From Octopus sinensis (taxonomy: Eukaryota), in the NCBI RefSeq assembly GCF_006345805.1, contig NC_043005.1, positions 53,444,001 through 53,508,000 of the forward strand: a stretch of 64,000 bases of DNA, read 5' to 3'. The translations under genes and the position numbers were made by a program. The notes beneath the pieces are model-generated. The model made no database searches, was not told the origin of the DNA, and saw only the letters and a list, made by a program, of their open reading frames with translations. Positions 52,560 through 64,000 of this stretch are shown here, in pieces. Within the stretch, counting starts at the first letter, position 1. Each line of letters opens with the position of its first letter.

Positions 52560-53145
52560 AAGGAAATCCGTTGGAAAAACAAAACAGAACAGAGGCGGAG
52601 CAAAAACAAATCGAACTATGCTCCTAAGAGCCCATGGCGAAACTGTTTATCAGTGTATGTTGAGAACCGGTGGCTGAAGAATTCAACGGGTCAGGCATCG
52701 GTCAATCATGTGGGTGAGGGTGTATAGATGTTCTTTGTGACCGAGCATAAAGTTCTGACTATTTAAGGAATATTGGATGTTTTATAAGGGGCGAGAAAAA
52801 ATCTACTTAGAGACGTGTGTGGTGATACTGTTTCTATATGTGTGTTGGCGTAGGGGTAGAAAACATTTTTGTGTACGTGTGTGCGTTTGATCGTTCGGCT
52901 GTCAGTGGCTACTGCCGTGAGAACCGTTGGGTGGCAGGAAAAAAAATATATATATATATTATGTTTTATGTGTGTGTGTGTTCATCTAAGCCTGCCTTGT
53001 CAAGGAAACCCCCCGCTGTGAAAAAAACCAAGCCCCGTATGTCTTACAGGAGTAATTCCCCTTGCAGTGGTTAATCGTAGATATGTTAAAGGCTATTTCA
53101 GAATTTGTTACCAAGGGCTATGGGTGCCGGTATTATTTATAAACG

Positions 53146-54418
53146 CTATTTAAAAGCCAGATAAGTGTAACGCCGCCAATGGGGGCATCGAAAAGCCGAC
53201 TGTAAAAGCCCGTTTACCATCCGGCCTCTGGCAAACAAAATATGGAAGAGTTCGGAGACACAAAGGTTGCACTGTCTTCTGCCCCTATCAAATGGGAGGG
53301 CCACCGACAAAATTGACCATTCCAGCCTATAGCTTAAGTTCGTATCCTTCAGTCGCCATATTAGCTTACTGAGTCCCGTGGTCTGGCGCTTGTTCATGTC
53401 CCGAAAAGTTGCGTAATGGTTGGAGACACGCAAAGACAATCTTGAGGATGATGCCCCTACATAAGTGAAGACATCTGAGTCCGTGTAAACCTTGCATTGG
53501 TAGACGGCGTTTTTGATCTTGGAGTTCGCCGACGTGAATCTTATTCTGCTAGGATTAGTTTCTGAAATTAGAACTGCGTTCCTGTCACTATATTCGTTCC
53601 GAGACCTGCAGCCGCTTACTACTCTATTTTCCACTACGTCACTATTAACTATAGGAATAACCCCTGATTCTCCACTATCTATCAGAGTGCTGTCATTGCT
53701 ACTGCCCGTGGTGCTGCTATTGCGGGAAATGATGCTGGGGATGCTATTGGGGCTCTCTACCCTACTCCCATTGTTACCGTCAACCACAACACCCCTATTT
53801 ATAACTATACCCCTAGTGGGTACTCCCTGGCTGGAGCTGAGATTATGTGTCACTGTACTGGCTCTCATATCATTATTACTACTATAATTATTCCTACTGA
53901 GCATTAAACGGGAGCGGAAGAGGCTGTGCCTCCGGAAAAGGGTGATAGGGTCTTAGTAAGTAGCCTATTATTATGGGAGGCGATTATCTGGGCGAGGTTT
54001 TTAGTGTGGAGAAAGCTATCCTAACTTTATGCGAGTTGACCGTGGAGTAATATTTGGAATTTCTGGGGAAGTTATTGGCGATGGCTTGTCTAAACATGAG
54101 GGGGAGGTTAGTTCTAATCTGCTTACCAAAGGGATTACAAACCATATATGCTTATTCCTATCAGTGTGATGGGTCGGGACGCCAGCTCTCGCATTCGGGT
54201 GGGTGATTCTCGGATGAATAACGGGTCTTGGGTTAGTGTAAGACCTCCCGGACCGATAATTATCCTTGTTCGCTAAATTAAATGCGGGAGCGACTACCCC
54301 GGCATCCGCCGCGCTCCCGTCCTTACTTAAAATGTTAATGTTATTATATACGGCCCTATCCTGATGACCGAATGATGGCATCGGAAGGGCCGGATCAATA
54401 TAAATTACCTTCTGCCTA
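53146..54418 (-). CDS. PLE polyprotein 3' part: RT thumb/linker (frameshifted) plus intact GIY-YIG endonuclease frame (53146-53904)
   Basis: KHIWFVIP(F)GKQIRTNLPLMFRQAIANNFPRNSKYYSTVNSHKVRIAFS corresponds to PLE IIWFNPPY...TNIG..F...FP..KIFN..VK.SYS; downstream AVY..YVG, CNLC, CPH motifs. Confidence 0.85.
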
Positions 54419-54421
54419 TAC

Positions 54422-54857
54422 AGTGACAGGAACGCAGTTCTAATTTCAGAAACTAATCCTAGCAGAATAAGATTCACGTCGGCGAACTCCAAGATCAAAA
54501 ACGCCGTCTACCAATGCAAGGTTTACACGGACTCAGATGTCTTCACTTATGTAGGGGCATCATCCTCAAGATTGTCTTTACGTGTCTCCAACCATTACGC
54601 AACTTTTCGGGACATGAACAAGCGCCAGACCACGGGACTCAGTAAGCTAATATGGCGACTGAAGGATACGAACTTAAGCTATAGGCTGGAATGGTCAATT
54701 TTGTCGGTGGCCCTCCCATTTGATAGGGGCAGAAGACAGTGCAACCTTTGTGTCTCCGAACTCTTCCATATTTGTTTGCCAGAGGCCGGATGGTAAACGG
54801 GCTTTTACAGTCGGCTTTTCGATGCCCCATTGGCGGCGTTACACTTATCTGGCTTTT
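54422..54857 (+). pseudogene. Inverted duplicate of the GIY-YIG coding segment
   Basis: Reverse complement of 53146-53589 with a 1-nt deletion near 54770 (frameshift). Confidence 0.85.
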
Positions 54858-55448
54858 AAATAGCGTTTATAAATAATACCGGCACCCATAGCCCTTGGTA
54901 ACAAACTCTGAAATAGCCTTTAAGATATCTACGATTAACCACTGCAAGGGGAATTACTCCTGTAAGACAAACGGGGCTTGGTTTTTTCACAGCGGGGGGT
55001 TTCCTTGACAAGGCAGGCTTAGATGAACACACACACACATAAAACATAATATATTATATTTTTTTCTTTCTGCCACCCAACGGTTCTCACGGCAGTAGCC
55101 ACTGACAGCCGAACGATCAAACGCACACACGTACAAAAAAATGTTTTCTACCCCTACGCAACACACATATATAGAACAGTATACACACACACACGTCTCT
55201 AAGTAGATTTTTTCTCGCCCCTTATAAAACATCCAATATTCCTTAAATAGTCAGAACTTTATTCTCGGTCACAAAGAACATCTATACACCCTCACCCACA
55301 TGATTGACCGATGCCTGACCCGTTGAATTCTTCAGCCACCGGTTCTCAACATACACTGATAAACAGTTTCGCCATGGGCTCTTAGGAGCATAGTTCGATT
55401 TGTTTTTGCTCCGCCTCTGTTCTGTTTTTGTTTTTCCACGGATTTCCT

Positions 55449-55539
55449 TTTTCTTCCTGAAGAGAAAGACACAATATGGTCCATTATTCAATCGGATTTT
55501 GGTAATTTGTGCCTTTCGAAACACGTGTAGAATGAAATA
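55449..55539 (+). ncRNA. Type I hammerhead ribozyme in PLE pLTR
   Basis: CTGAAGA 55457-55463; stem II gaaagacacaa/ttgtgcctttc; GAAAC 55518-55522; ACACGTGT; GUA 55527-55529; gaatgaaa. Confidence 0.88.
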
Positions 55540-55910
55540 AAACGATTTCTGTTCAATCTGCGTTCAGCTCCATTCTTCAATTCACCAATAATGTTTTATT
55601 ATTATATGTATATATATATATAATAATATAATATATATATAAATACGCTGACACATACACATATGTGTGCTTATGTAACTATATGAAGGAGTGGCCACAT
55701 AAGCTGTTAGTTTTGTTAGTGAAAATCATTTTCACTCACAGTTTCCTTCCTCAAACCCATTCTCCTTTTCTCAGAACTCCTCTTCCCTAAATTTCTCCTT
55801 CACTTCCACGCCTACATCTCCCCTCTCTTTTTCTCTCTTTCACTGGCACTACTCCCCCCTTTCTCACTATATATTTGTGTGACATACATATATACACACA
55901 TACATCTATC

Positions 55911-55942
<32 letters not shown>

Positions 55943-56307
55943 CATACAGAGAGATAGAGAGAGAGATGTATGCATGTATGTATGTAAGTTTTTTTCTGGA
56001 GCAGTCTTGTCTAATTAAAGCGTTTTTGTAATTAACTGACAAGTATTTTCAATCACCAAACTACCTTAAGTAGTTTGGTGTTAACACTAATTTACATTTT
56101 CATTAAATTCTAATAAATATCTTTGTGGCCACTTAGTCACAGAAAGTAGAGATATGTATACGGATACACATATACAAATAATCAGGCACATAGACACACA
56201 CACACACACCCACTCATATATATATATATATATATCTATATATATATATATACATGTATATATAGATGTCTTTACATACACATATAAAACGTGGCGTGTG
56301 CATATTA

Positions 56308-56356
<49 letters not shown>

Positions 56357-56786
56357 ATAATATATATATATATATATGTAGGTATGTATGTATATATGCG
56401 TGCATATATATATATTTATATAGAGAAACATATAACTTTACATATACGCATATACATATATATACATGCGTGTATGTGTGTATGTGTATGTGTGTACAGG
56501 TGTACACATCTATACATATGTATATGATTAAAAAAAATCTAAACAAAAATGCTTTCATTTTTTTCCCCCCAGAGATATTAATTCTGGATTAATTATTAAG
56601 TCTGATCTCAGTTTGGATGGAGAAAAATTTCAAAAGAAATATTGGAATGGAATTTTATTGCCAATATCAACAAATATATTTGTAACATATAGCGAGAAGA
56701 AACGCACATAGATGTATACATGCGCGCATACACACATACGTACATATATGCATACACACATACATACATACAAAGATACTTTCATA

Positions 56787-56860
<74 letters not shown>

Positions 56861-57039
56861 CATACGTATATATTTATATTTACGTAAAAGTATAGACACA
56901 TGTACTCACATAGATATGCAGTTAAATAAATTCGTGTATAATTGCGTAAGGATATGTCTGTGTGCTTATATACATATATATATATATATATATGATGATG
57001 ATAAAACTCAGAGCGAGTTATAAACAGTAGCGGCAACAC

Positions 57040-57216
57040 ATCGTGACGTATATTTGCCATTTGATTATGGCTAACCCCTAAAGGTGGATGCTACTGTAGT
57101 TTGTAGCCCCGGGAAGACACCTCCTCCAGCTGGCTATAGACACCCTTTATGTGACCTATCAGTAGCATCCACCCTTAGGGGTTAGCCATATTCAAATGGC
57201 AAATATACGTCACGAT
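57040..57216. mobile_element. Small fold-back element
   Basis: 57-bp inverted arms 57040-57096 / 57160-57216 with few mismatches, 63-bp spacer. Confidence 0.7.
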
Positions 57217-57242
57217 ATATATATATATGTTTATATATAATA

Positions 57243-57932
57243 TAGCCCGAATTGTTTCTGGACCGCATAAGCCAGACTTTTGTCATTGAATCTCTGAAGT
57301 TCAGCCTACAAAACAATTACTACCTATTCGACGAAATATACTACCACCTAGTAATCAGTTTCTCTGAATCTACTCTATATGAAGTTTAGCTCCAAAGATT
57401 TGGACTCCTATTGCACCGGTATATAAGAGAAAACTGGAAAAGGTACCTAGACGATTGTTTTATATCTGGAATGAAACCTATGGTAAACCTCTGGACTTCA
57501 AATCTACACTGAACAATATAAACTCCAATATTCAATTTAAAATGGAATATAACAATGAAGTGCTTCTACTGGACATTTTGATTATAAAAAAAAAAAGTCG
57601 ACATCCAAATTGCAACCGACATCTACCACAAACCAACAAACTCAAAACATTATCTCCTTTTCAGCTCATGCCATCCTTAACACACAAAAGTAAATATCCC
57701 ATTCAATCTAGCAAAAAAGAATCAGTACAATTGTACCTGATACAACCTCTCGGGTGCTTCGCCAACAACATCTCAAAATAACACTCATTGAACGTCAATA
57801 CCTACCCGCACTTATAGATCATGGAATTAAACGTGCCAAAGAATTGGACACAAACACACTAAGGACAACAAAACACAACACCACACCTCACTTTGAATCA
57901 CTCCCACACATATCAACCCACAACCCCAGAAA
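57243..57932 (+). pseudogene. Penelope-like RT fragment (different family; Penelope/Poseidon-like)
   Basis: ..SLQNNYY.FD..YY...WKRYLDDCF....LNNINSNIQFKME.....LDILI....TDIYHKPTN..HYL.F.SCHP.HTK.NIPF.LA..I..IV; frameshifted. Confidence 0.8.
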
Positions 57933-57935
57933 AAC

Positions 57936-60480
57936 TGATGAATTACATTTCATGGGCAAAACATTTAGAGAAGAGACACGCCAAGCAAAATTATTCGTTG
58001 TGGATAATGCAATCCATCTGATTGGTTAGAACTATTCGATTTGTGGCACCTCCCCATAAATCTTTATTGAAATAACATAAATAGTTGTACCGTCAAAAAC
58101 AAGTCTTCGGAAGAACGTAACAAAAAAAAATGAAAAAAAAGTTCACCCAAGTGTTATCTGAGGATTGAGGCATTTGTAGAAAGACAGAAGATTATTTAAA
58201 AGTAAGTGAAAACGCTGAACCCGTATTTAAAGCAAGCAGAAAAATACCGTTCGTGGCAATTGAAACCGTAAATGAAGAGTTGGACAGACTCGAAAAGAAT
58301 GGAATCATCATAAAGGTGGATTACTCTAAGCGGGCGGCACCCACGGTATATATTTTAAAAAATAATAAAATTAGGCTGTGTGCCGATTTCTCTACAGGAT
58401 TGAACGACTGCTCAAAAGCATACCACCCTCCACTCTCGACTGCAGGGGACATTTTTTCAAAGTCAAATGGTGGGAATATTTTTCCAACTTAGATCTGTCT
58501 GAAGCCTATTTACAGAAAAAAGTAAATGAAAAATGCTCAAGGTATTTGGCAATAAATAAACACAGAGGGTAGTACAGATACAGACGATTAACTTTTGGCT
58601 TGAAAGGACACCAGCAATATTCCAATATACTATGTTATCCGATTGTGAATTTGTTATCCTGTACTTGGATGATATTTTGATCAAGAGTAATTCTTGTGAA
58701 CAGCATGTGGAACACATAAAATCTGTGTTTAAGAAAATTAAAGTTTTTAGGCTCACTTTGAGTGAAGAAAAATGCGAATTCTTAGGGCAAATAATTGATA
58801 AAAGTGGTAGACGTCCTGACCCGTCGAGGGCAGCTGCAATAAGGAATATGCCTGCGCCGACAAATATCTCAACGATACAAGCATTTCTTGGGTTGACAAA
58901 CTATAATCAAATCTACATTCCTAATTTGCACAAGTTATGCGCTCCATTAAACGACTTATTAAAAAAGGAGTAAAGTGGAAATGGTCCACTAAATGCCAGA
59001 ACACTTTCGAAGAAATGAAATAATCCTAATCTTAGACCTGTCGTTAGCACATTACGATCCCAAAATGGACATCATTGTAGTGTCTGATGCTTCCGATCAC
59101 GGATTAGGCGCAGTTCTACTTCATAAATACGAAGACGTAAGTACAAAGCCAGTGGTTCATGTTTCGTGCTCGCTAATAGCGGCAGAGAAGTGATATAGAC
59201 AAATTGAAGAGGATGCCCTAGCAATTATTTTTGCAGTTAAAAGATTTCACAGGTTACTGCGTGGTAGACGGTTTTTTTATTGCAAACAGACCATAGACCT
59301 TTGCTATCGATTTATGGGTCTAAAAAGGGTTAGCGACTCATACTGCGAACCGCCTGCAACGTTGGGGTGTAATATTACTAAATTATAATTTCAAAATGCA
59401 ATACATTCCATCGAAAAAATCAATCATTCAGACTGCCGTTCGAGATTAATTCCCAAAAATATGGAACCACTAGAAGAGACTGTTATAACCGCATTGCAAG
59501 CAGAAAGTGAAATTAAACGCGTTATGCTGAACGTTATCCAAGAACTACCAGTGACAGCACAGGATATAACAATGAAAGCTGTAGGTGATGAGGATATTAC
59601 GGAAGTAAAAGAAGCTTTAAAAAGTAAACAGAATAAAAATTCAGATGCCAGTAGTTTTTTTAATTCTGACGATATTTTGATATATGCCCAAAGAGTGGTG
59701 TTTCCAACTACATTACAAAAAAGTGTACTGCAATAATTTCACAACGGACATCCAGGAATGGTAAGTATGAAGGCTCTGATGAGGAGTGATGTCTATTGGC
59801 CGTCTATGGACCGAGATATCCAAAACTTGGTGAGAACGCACCGAGGTTGTGCGCTCGCGGCCAAAGCTGCGCCTGTAAAATATCAATCGTGCACAGAGAC
59901 GGAGAACCCATGGTCTAGGTTACACATTGACTGTGCCGGATTGGTAAACGTCTCTTACTACCTAATTGTAGTAGATAACTGTACTAAGTGTCTGGAGGTT
60001 TTCAGGTGCTATAGACCAACCTCGAAGGCAATTATAAAGTTCTTATACGAATTGCTTCCGCGAAACATCGTGTCCCCGACGCGCTAGTTTCAGACAACGA
60101 AACGCACTTCTCTGGGTATAAACTCAAAAACTTCAGAAAAAAGTATGCGATGAAGCATATTTTCACACCACCCTACCACCGAGGTCAAACGGGCAGGTAG
60201 AAAGATTTGTGGGCACCTTTAAGAGAGCGTTAAGAAAACCGAAGAATGGATTAAGTAATGAAGAAGCACTGAAAAATTTCTAAAGAAATGTTTGCAAGAA
60301 GAATAAAATCCATTTTTTATAAGATATTACCAGAGAGAAAAAACTAAAGGAAATACGAAAGAGCCAACGAAATACGTCGAGATGGGTGATAGAAACGAAG
60401 ATAGAAAGGCTGGGAAGAAGGCCGTGTTACCAGAAGCAGACCGAACATCTTGAGATAATGCCCAGGCGAAAGGGATTCTA
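57936..60480 (+). pseudogene. Ty3/Gypsy pol remnant (protease end, RT, RNase H, integrase)
   Basis: PVFK..R.IPF..EELDRLEK.GII..V..S..AAP.V...K...IRLCADFSTGLN; LDLSEAYLQ; YLDDILI; DASD.GLGAVL; GHPGMV.MKAL.RS.VYWP; PWSRLHID; many stops and frameshifts. Confidence 0.92.
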
Positions 60481-60552
60481 AAGAAAGATTTTTAAAAATA
60501 TAAATACAAAATTTCTTTATTCCTTTGCAACACGATATCTTAAAAGAAGAGA

Positions 60553-60797
60553 TGTTGTGCGAGGATACAACACTCCCTGGCGAGAATAGACTTGCCCACT
60601 ACATATAAATAGTAGCGGTCTGAGTAAGCGAAGTATTTCGGGCAAGTTTCGCAGTTTATGTGTTGATAGTTCAAAGTTGGAGTTCAAAGTTTACATTTCG
60701 AGTTAGCATGTTGGATTGTTGGTTATTAAAAGATTGTTCTTACATTCCGAGTGGTTACTGCCGTTTGTTTCGATTATATTGTTATTACACTGTCACA
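60553..60797 (+). mobile_element. Candidate 3' LTR of the Gypsy element
   Basis: Purine tract aaaagaagaga 60542-60552 followed by TGTTG; right end (..tgtcaca) is a guess; no 5' LTR in the window. Confidence 0.5.
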
Positions 60798-61552
60798 GTG
60801 TATTCATTTCATTTATCCATAAGAATATACCAGTATGAATGAATATTTGCATGTATTTATGTATGTATATGCTAAAAATTTCACTAACCATTGTTCAGAG
60901 TTTTACATTTCTGATTTTCGGGCTGAAGTGAGGAGTACTGTACATATACTGTCGCCCAGTGTACGTAAAAGTATATGTACAGTAAAAGCGCATGAATATT
61001 TTTTGTTGAACGCATACAGTAAAAAGCTTCTGGAAAACTTTTTGCGAAATATCTGCAGTTCGATGCTGGGCTTTGATTGGATTCTATACCCTTCAGTTAA
61101 TGCATTTTCTATGACTGGCGAAACGCAAGAAGATTTTGAATGATCTTTGGTATATAATCTATTCTTGCTTTCCAATAAATAAATATAGAAAAGTAATATA
61201 GAAAATTAAAATTACACGTATTTGCAGGAGAGTATATATACGGATACATGTGTATGTGCGTCTGTGCGTGTAAGCAAATTTGTATATATCTATGTATAAC
61301 TGCATGTGTTCATGTGTGTGAGTGTGCGTAGACAGTATATATATATGGATGCGTATGTGTGTGTATACATATATGTTTGTCTATGTATGTGTGTATACAT
61401 ACAAATATACATGTGAATACATTGGTATTTACCGATATATTTATATATACACGCGCTCACATATCTATGTTTATGTATATGTATATATATATATACATAT
61501 ATATTAATATATGTATATGTTTATAATTTTGATAGATCTACCTATCAATCAC

Positions 61553-61587
<35 letters not shown>

Positions 61588-62499
61588 CTGGGGAAAGTCA
61601 ATTTGTGATTGTATGTACGCATGTTTGTGTATTTACTGTATGTATAGTTGTGTATTAGTGTGCTTAATTGCAAAGGAGAACACGTAATAAAAAAGGTCTG
61701 ATTAGCATTTAGAATACCCTACATAGCAAAATAAAGTAACTATTTCTTCGGCGTTGAAGAATACTTATATTAAGTAGCGCGATGTCATTTGTTTCTAGTA
61801 AAATATCATAAGTTTTATTTTTGCCTTTCGTTTTCTCTGACTCTACCCTCCTCTCCCTCTCTTCCTACCTCCGTCTCTCTTTATTATTTTCATGTTTCTT
61901 TATATTTTCATTACATTCGTATTTAATGTATTTTCCCCTATTGTTTCTATTACATTAAAATCAAGAGTTATTATTTGGTGGAATCTATTTGAATCTTTCA
62001 TTAATAAAAATACATTCAATTATGATGATGAGAAGGAGGAAGAGGGGGGAGGAGGAAGAGGAGAAGCGTTGGTATGGTGGCGGTGTCGATAGTAGTTGTA
62101 GATTGTAGTGGTCTTGTGGTGATGGTATGATGATAGTAGTTTGGTGTGGTGACGGTGGTGGCAGCGATGGTGCTGGTGGTGATGGTTATGGTGATTATGG
62201 TGATAATGTCGACTGCGACGGCGATGAATATTAATGAATTATGCTTTTTCTTCTTCTTCTTCTTCTTCTTCTTGTGATGATGATGATGATGATATAAAAT
62301 ATGAAGGCAAAAATAACAATATAAACAACTTCATTTATATTTCATATAAACAGACAAATACAAAATCTTATAAAATTGAGAAACGGGTAAGAAGTGTTAT
62401 ACAGCATACAAAGCATTTTAAGATTTCGAAATTTCTCAAAAATGTACCGAGAATTACTCAGTGATTATGTGAAACACGGATAACATTTTAAAAAAGATA

Positions 62500-63278
62500 T
62501 AATTTAACCTTTAGTACACTGTAGGCTCATCATTTCATCGTATGTGTTTTCCCCCCTGTAGTAACAGGGACGTGGCAGGGGACACAGATCTAGAGAAAAT
62601 GCAGTGTGCTGAAAGTTAAGGAAACAGAAAGCAAATATGGTAACCTACTCAAACAAGAATGTACAACTGACGCTTAGTTTTGATCACAAGAACAGAAGGT
62701 TCAAATTACTTCTCTTACCTAGCCTATCCAAGTATTTGTTGGTAGTTTTGGGATTTGCTAAGCTGCGTGAGGCTCCTATTTTTCTGGAACATACTACCTC
62801 TAACTTTCATGGACTACAAATGGTCTTTATGAATCGTCTGTCTTTTGTTGAATCATTTACAGCCCTCTATTTCATGTCCAGTTAATATATCAGTCGGTTC
62901 GCTATTCTCCCGGTTATATCATTCAGATATATATGTGAACACTTTCCTTGACGTTCATAGCCCTGCGGATCAAAACTACAGAGATCAATAATAATAAAGC
63001 ATTTATAGTTACCCTACCAATATGGTATTGCTTTAAATTCAGCTTAAATGAAAAACTTGTAAGTTCACAAATTTTAGCATATAACAAATCCTCATTCAGG
63101 CTTGATCCCAACGCCAGATTTTCAAAAGCCAAATGAGGTGTAGATTTTCAATGCTGGGGTCATCCGGATCCCAAACAGGTATAATATGTCTACGTAGAGC
63201 AAATTCAGAGTGACACACACGGGTCGCGGACGGACGGACGGGCGGACAGACAGAATTTCGCATTTGCTATTATAGATG
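62500..63278 (+). mobile_element. Possible non-autonomous Helitron/Helentron-like repeat
   Basis: Ends with (GGAC)n(AGAC) microsatellite plus ttcgcatttgctattatagat, reminiscent of Lep1/DINE-type ends; family-level memory only. Confidence 0.3.
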
Positions 63279-63480
63279 ATTCGTTACATAGCCACAAGAC
63301 CAGGAATTACGAGGTAAGATAACAGCCAATTATATTACATTTTCCCCCCAAGCTACTTGGTTGGTACCTATTTTATTAACCCCGAAGTGATGAAATATAA
63401 AATCGGCTTCTGTGAGATTTGAACACAGGCCATGAAAGACCCCATCTAAAAACTGCTAGGCATTCACTTTCTTTCACCCT

Positions 63481-63775
63481 TTTCAAGCCTAGCCAGGCTC
63501 ATGGGCCCTGTTTCCCGGTTTCTGTGGCGTATTCGTTTCACCCAGCTGGACGGAACGCCAGTCTATCACAGCGTTACTCAAGAAACAGGAAGGAAGAGTG
63601 AGAGAAATTTGGAGCGAACGAGTACGACAGGGGTCACCACCACCTCCTACCGGAGCCTCGTGGAGCTTTAGGTGTTTTCGCTCAATAAACACACACAAAA
63701 CCCGGTCTGGGAATCGAAACCGCGATCCTCCGACCGCGAGTCCGCTGCCCTAACCACTGGGCCATTGCGCCTCCA
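63481..63775 (-). mobile_element. tRNA-derived SINE with clear A/B boxes
   Basis: - strand tggaggcgcaaTGGCCCAGTGGttagggcagcggactcgcggtcggaggatcgcGGTTTCGATTCCcagacc followed by non-tRNA body. Confidence 0.75.
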
Positions 63776-64000
63776 CAAGCATTCACTTACGAAAACTATT
63801 CTGCAAAACGTCCCATCTTTTTAGATTCATTTGAAATTCCACTACCATTTCCAAAATTATAAAATCTTGGAGGTTTATGAAGAACTGTTATTCAAATTAA
63901 GCTATTATTTCTTTCTATTTTAGACACAAGACCTGAAATTTTGTGGTGGAGGAAGTCAATTATATTGACCCCAGTGCATGGCTTGTACTTATTATATCGG

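Larger units (their letters stand above)
52415..55592. mobile_element. Penelope-like element copy 2, 3.2-kb palindrome
   Basis: Arms 52415-53589 / 54422-55592 nearly identical; spacer is the upstream part of the - strand ORF; same family and same terminus (cttcaattcac) as copy 1; TA-rich flanks. Confidence 0.92.

Noticed and set aside
54350-54390. CTGATGA followed by ccga/tcgg stem as a hammerhead
   Set aside because: No GAAA-stem III-NUH; simple hairpin antisense to coding sequence
63700-63775. tRNA gene (also 28130-28190)
   Set aside because: A/B boxes present but no complete cloverleaf by eye and continues into SINE body

Overview
Repeat-dense, AT-rich metazoan genomic DNA. The microsatellite load and the tRNA-derived SINE families suggest a cephalopod (Octopus-like) genome; that assignment is inference from memory. 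No host protein-coding gene can be supported. Most ORF-track entries are microsatellite or antisense artefacts. Supported coding remnants are all transposon-derived: Penelope-like elements (PLE; GIY-YIG endonuclease and RT fragments), Ty3/Gypsy pol, R4/Dong-like, RTE-like and CR1/L2-like LINEs, a Helitron helicase and a mariner fragment. The main result is ten canonical-looking type I hammerhead ribozymes (HHRs: stem I - CUGANGA - stem II - GAAA - short near-palindromic stem III - GUA - stem I'), found by reading the sequence. They sit in four large fold-back insertions from three sequence-unrelated families: (i) a non-coding ~485-nt tandem unit with 4 HHRs at 5.2-6.9 kb (retrozyme-like); (ii) two GIY-YIG PLE copies with 2 HHRs each at 10.9-13.2 kb and 52.4-55.6 kb; (iii) a ~550-bp non-coding mini-palindrome with 2 HHRs at 18 kb. 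All four share one geometry: 5' ends fused centrally, ribozyme-bearing 3' ends pointing outward, embedded in (TA)n. Folds were paired by eye and activity is untested. There is a 100-N assembly gap at 34485-34584.
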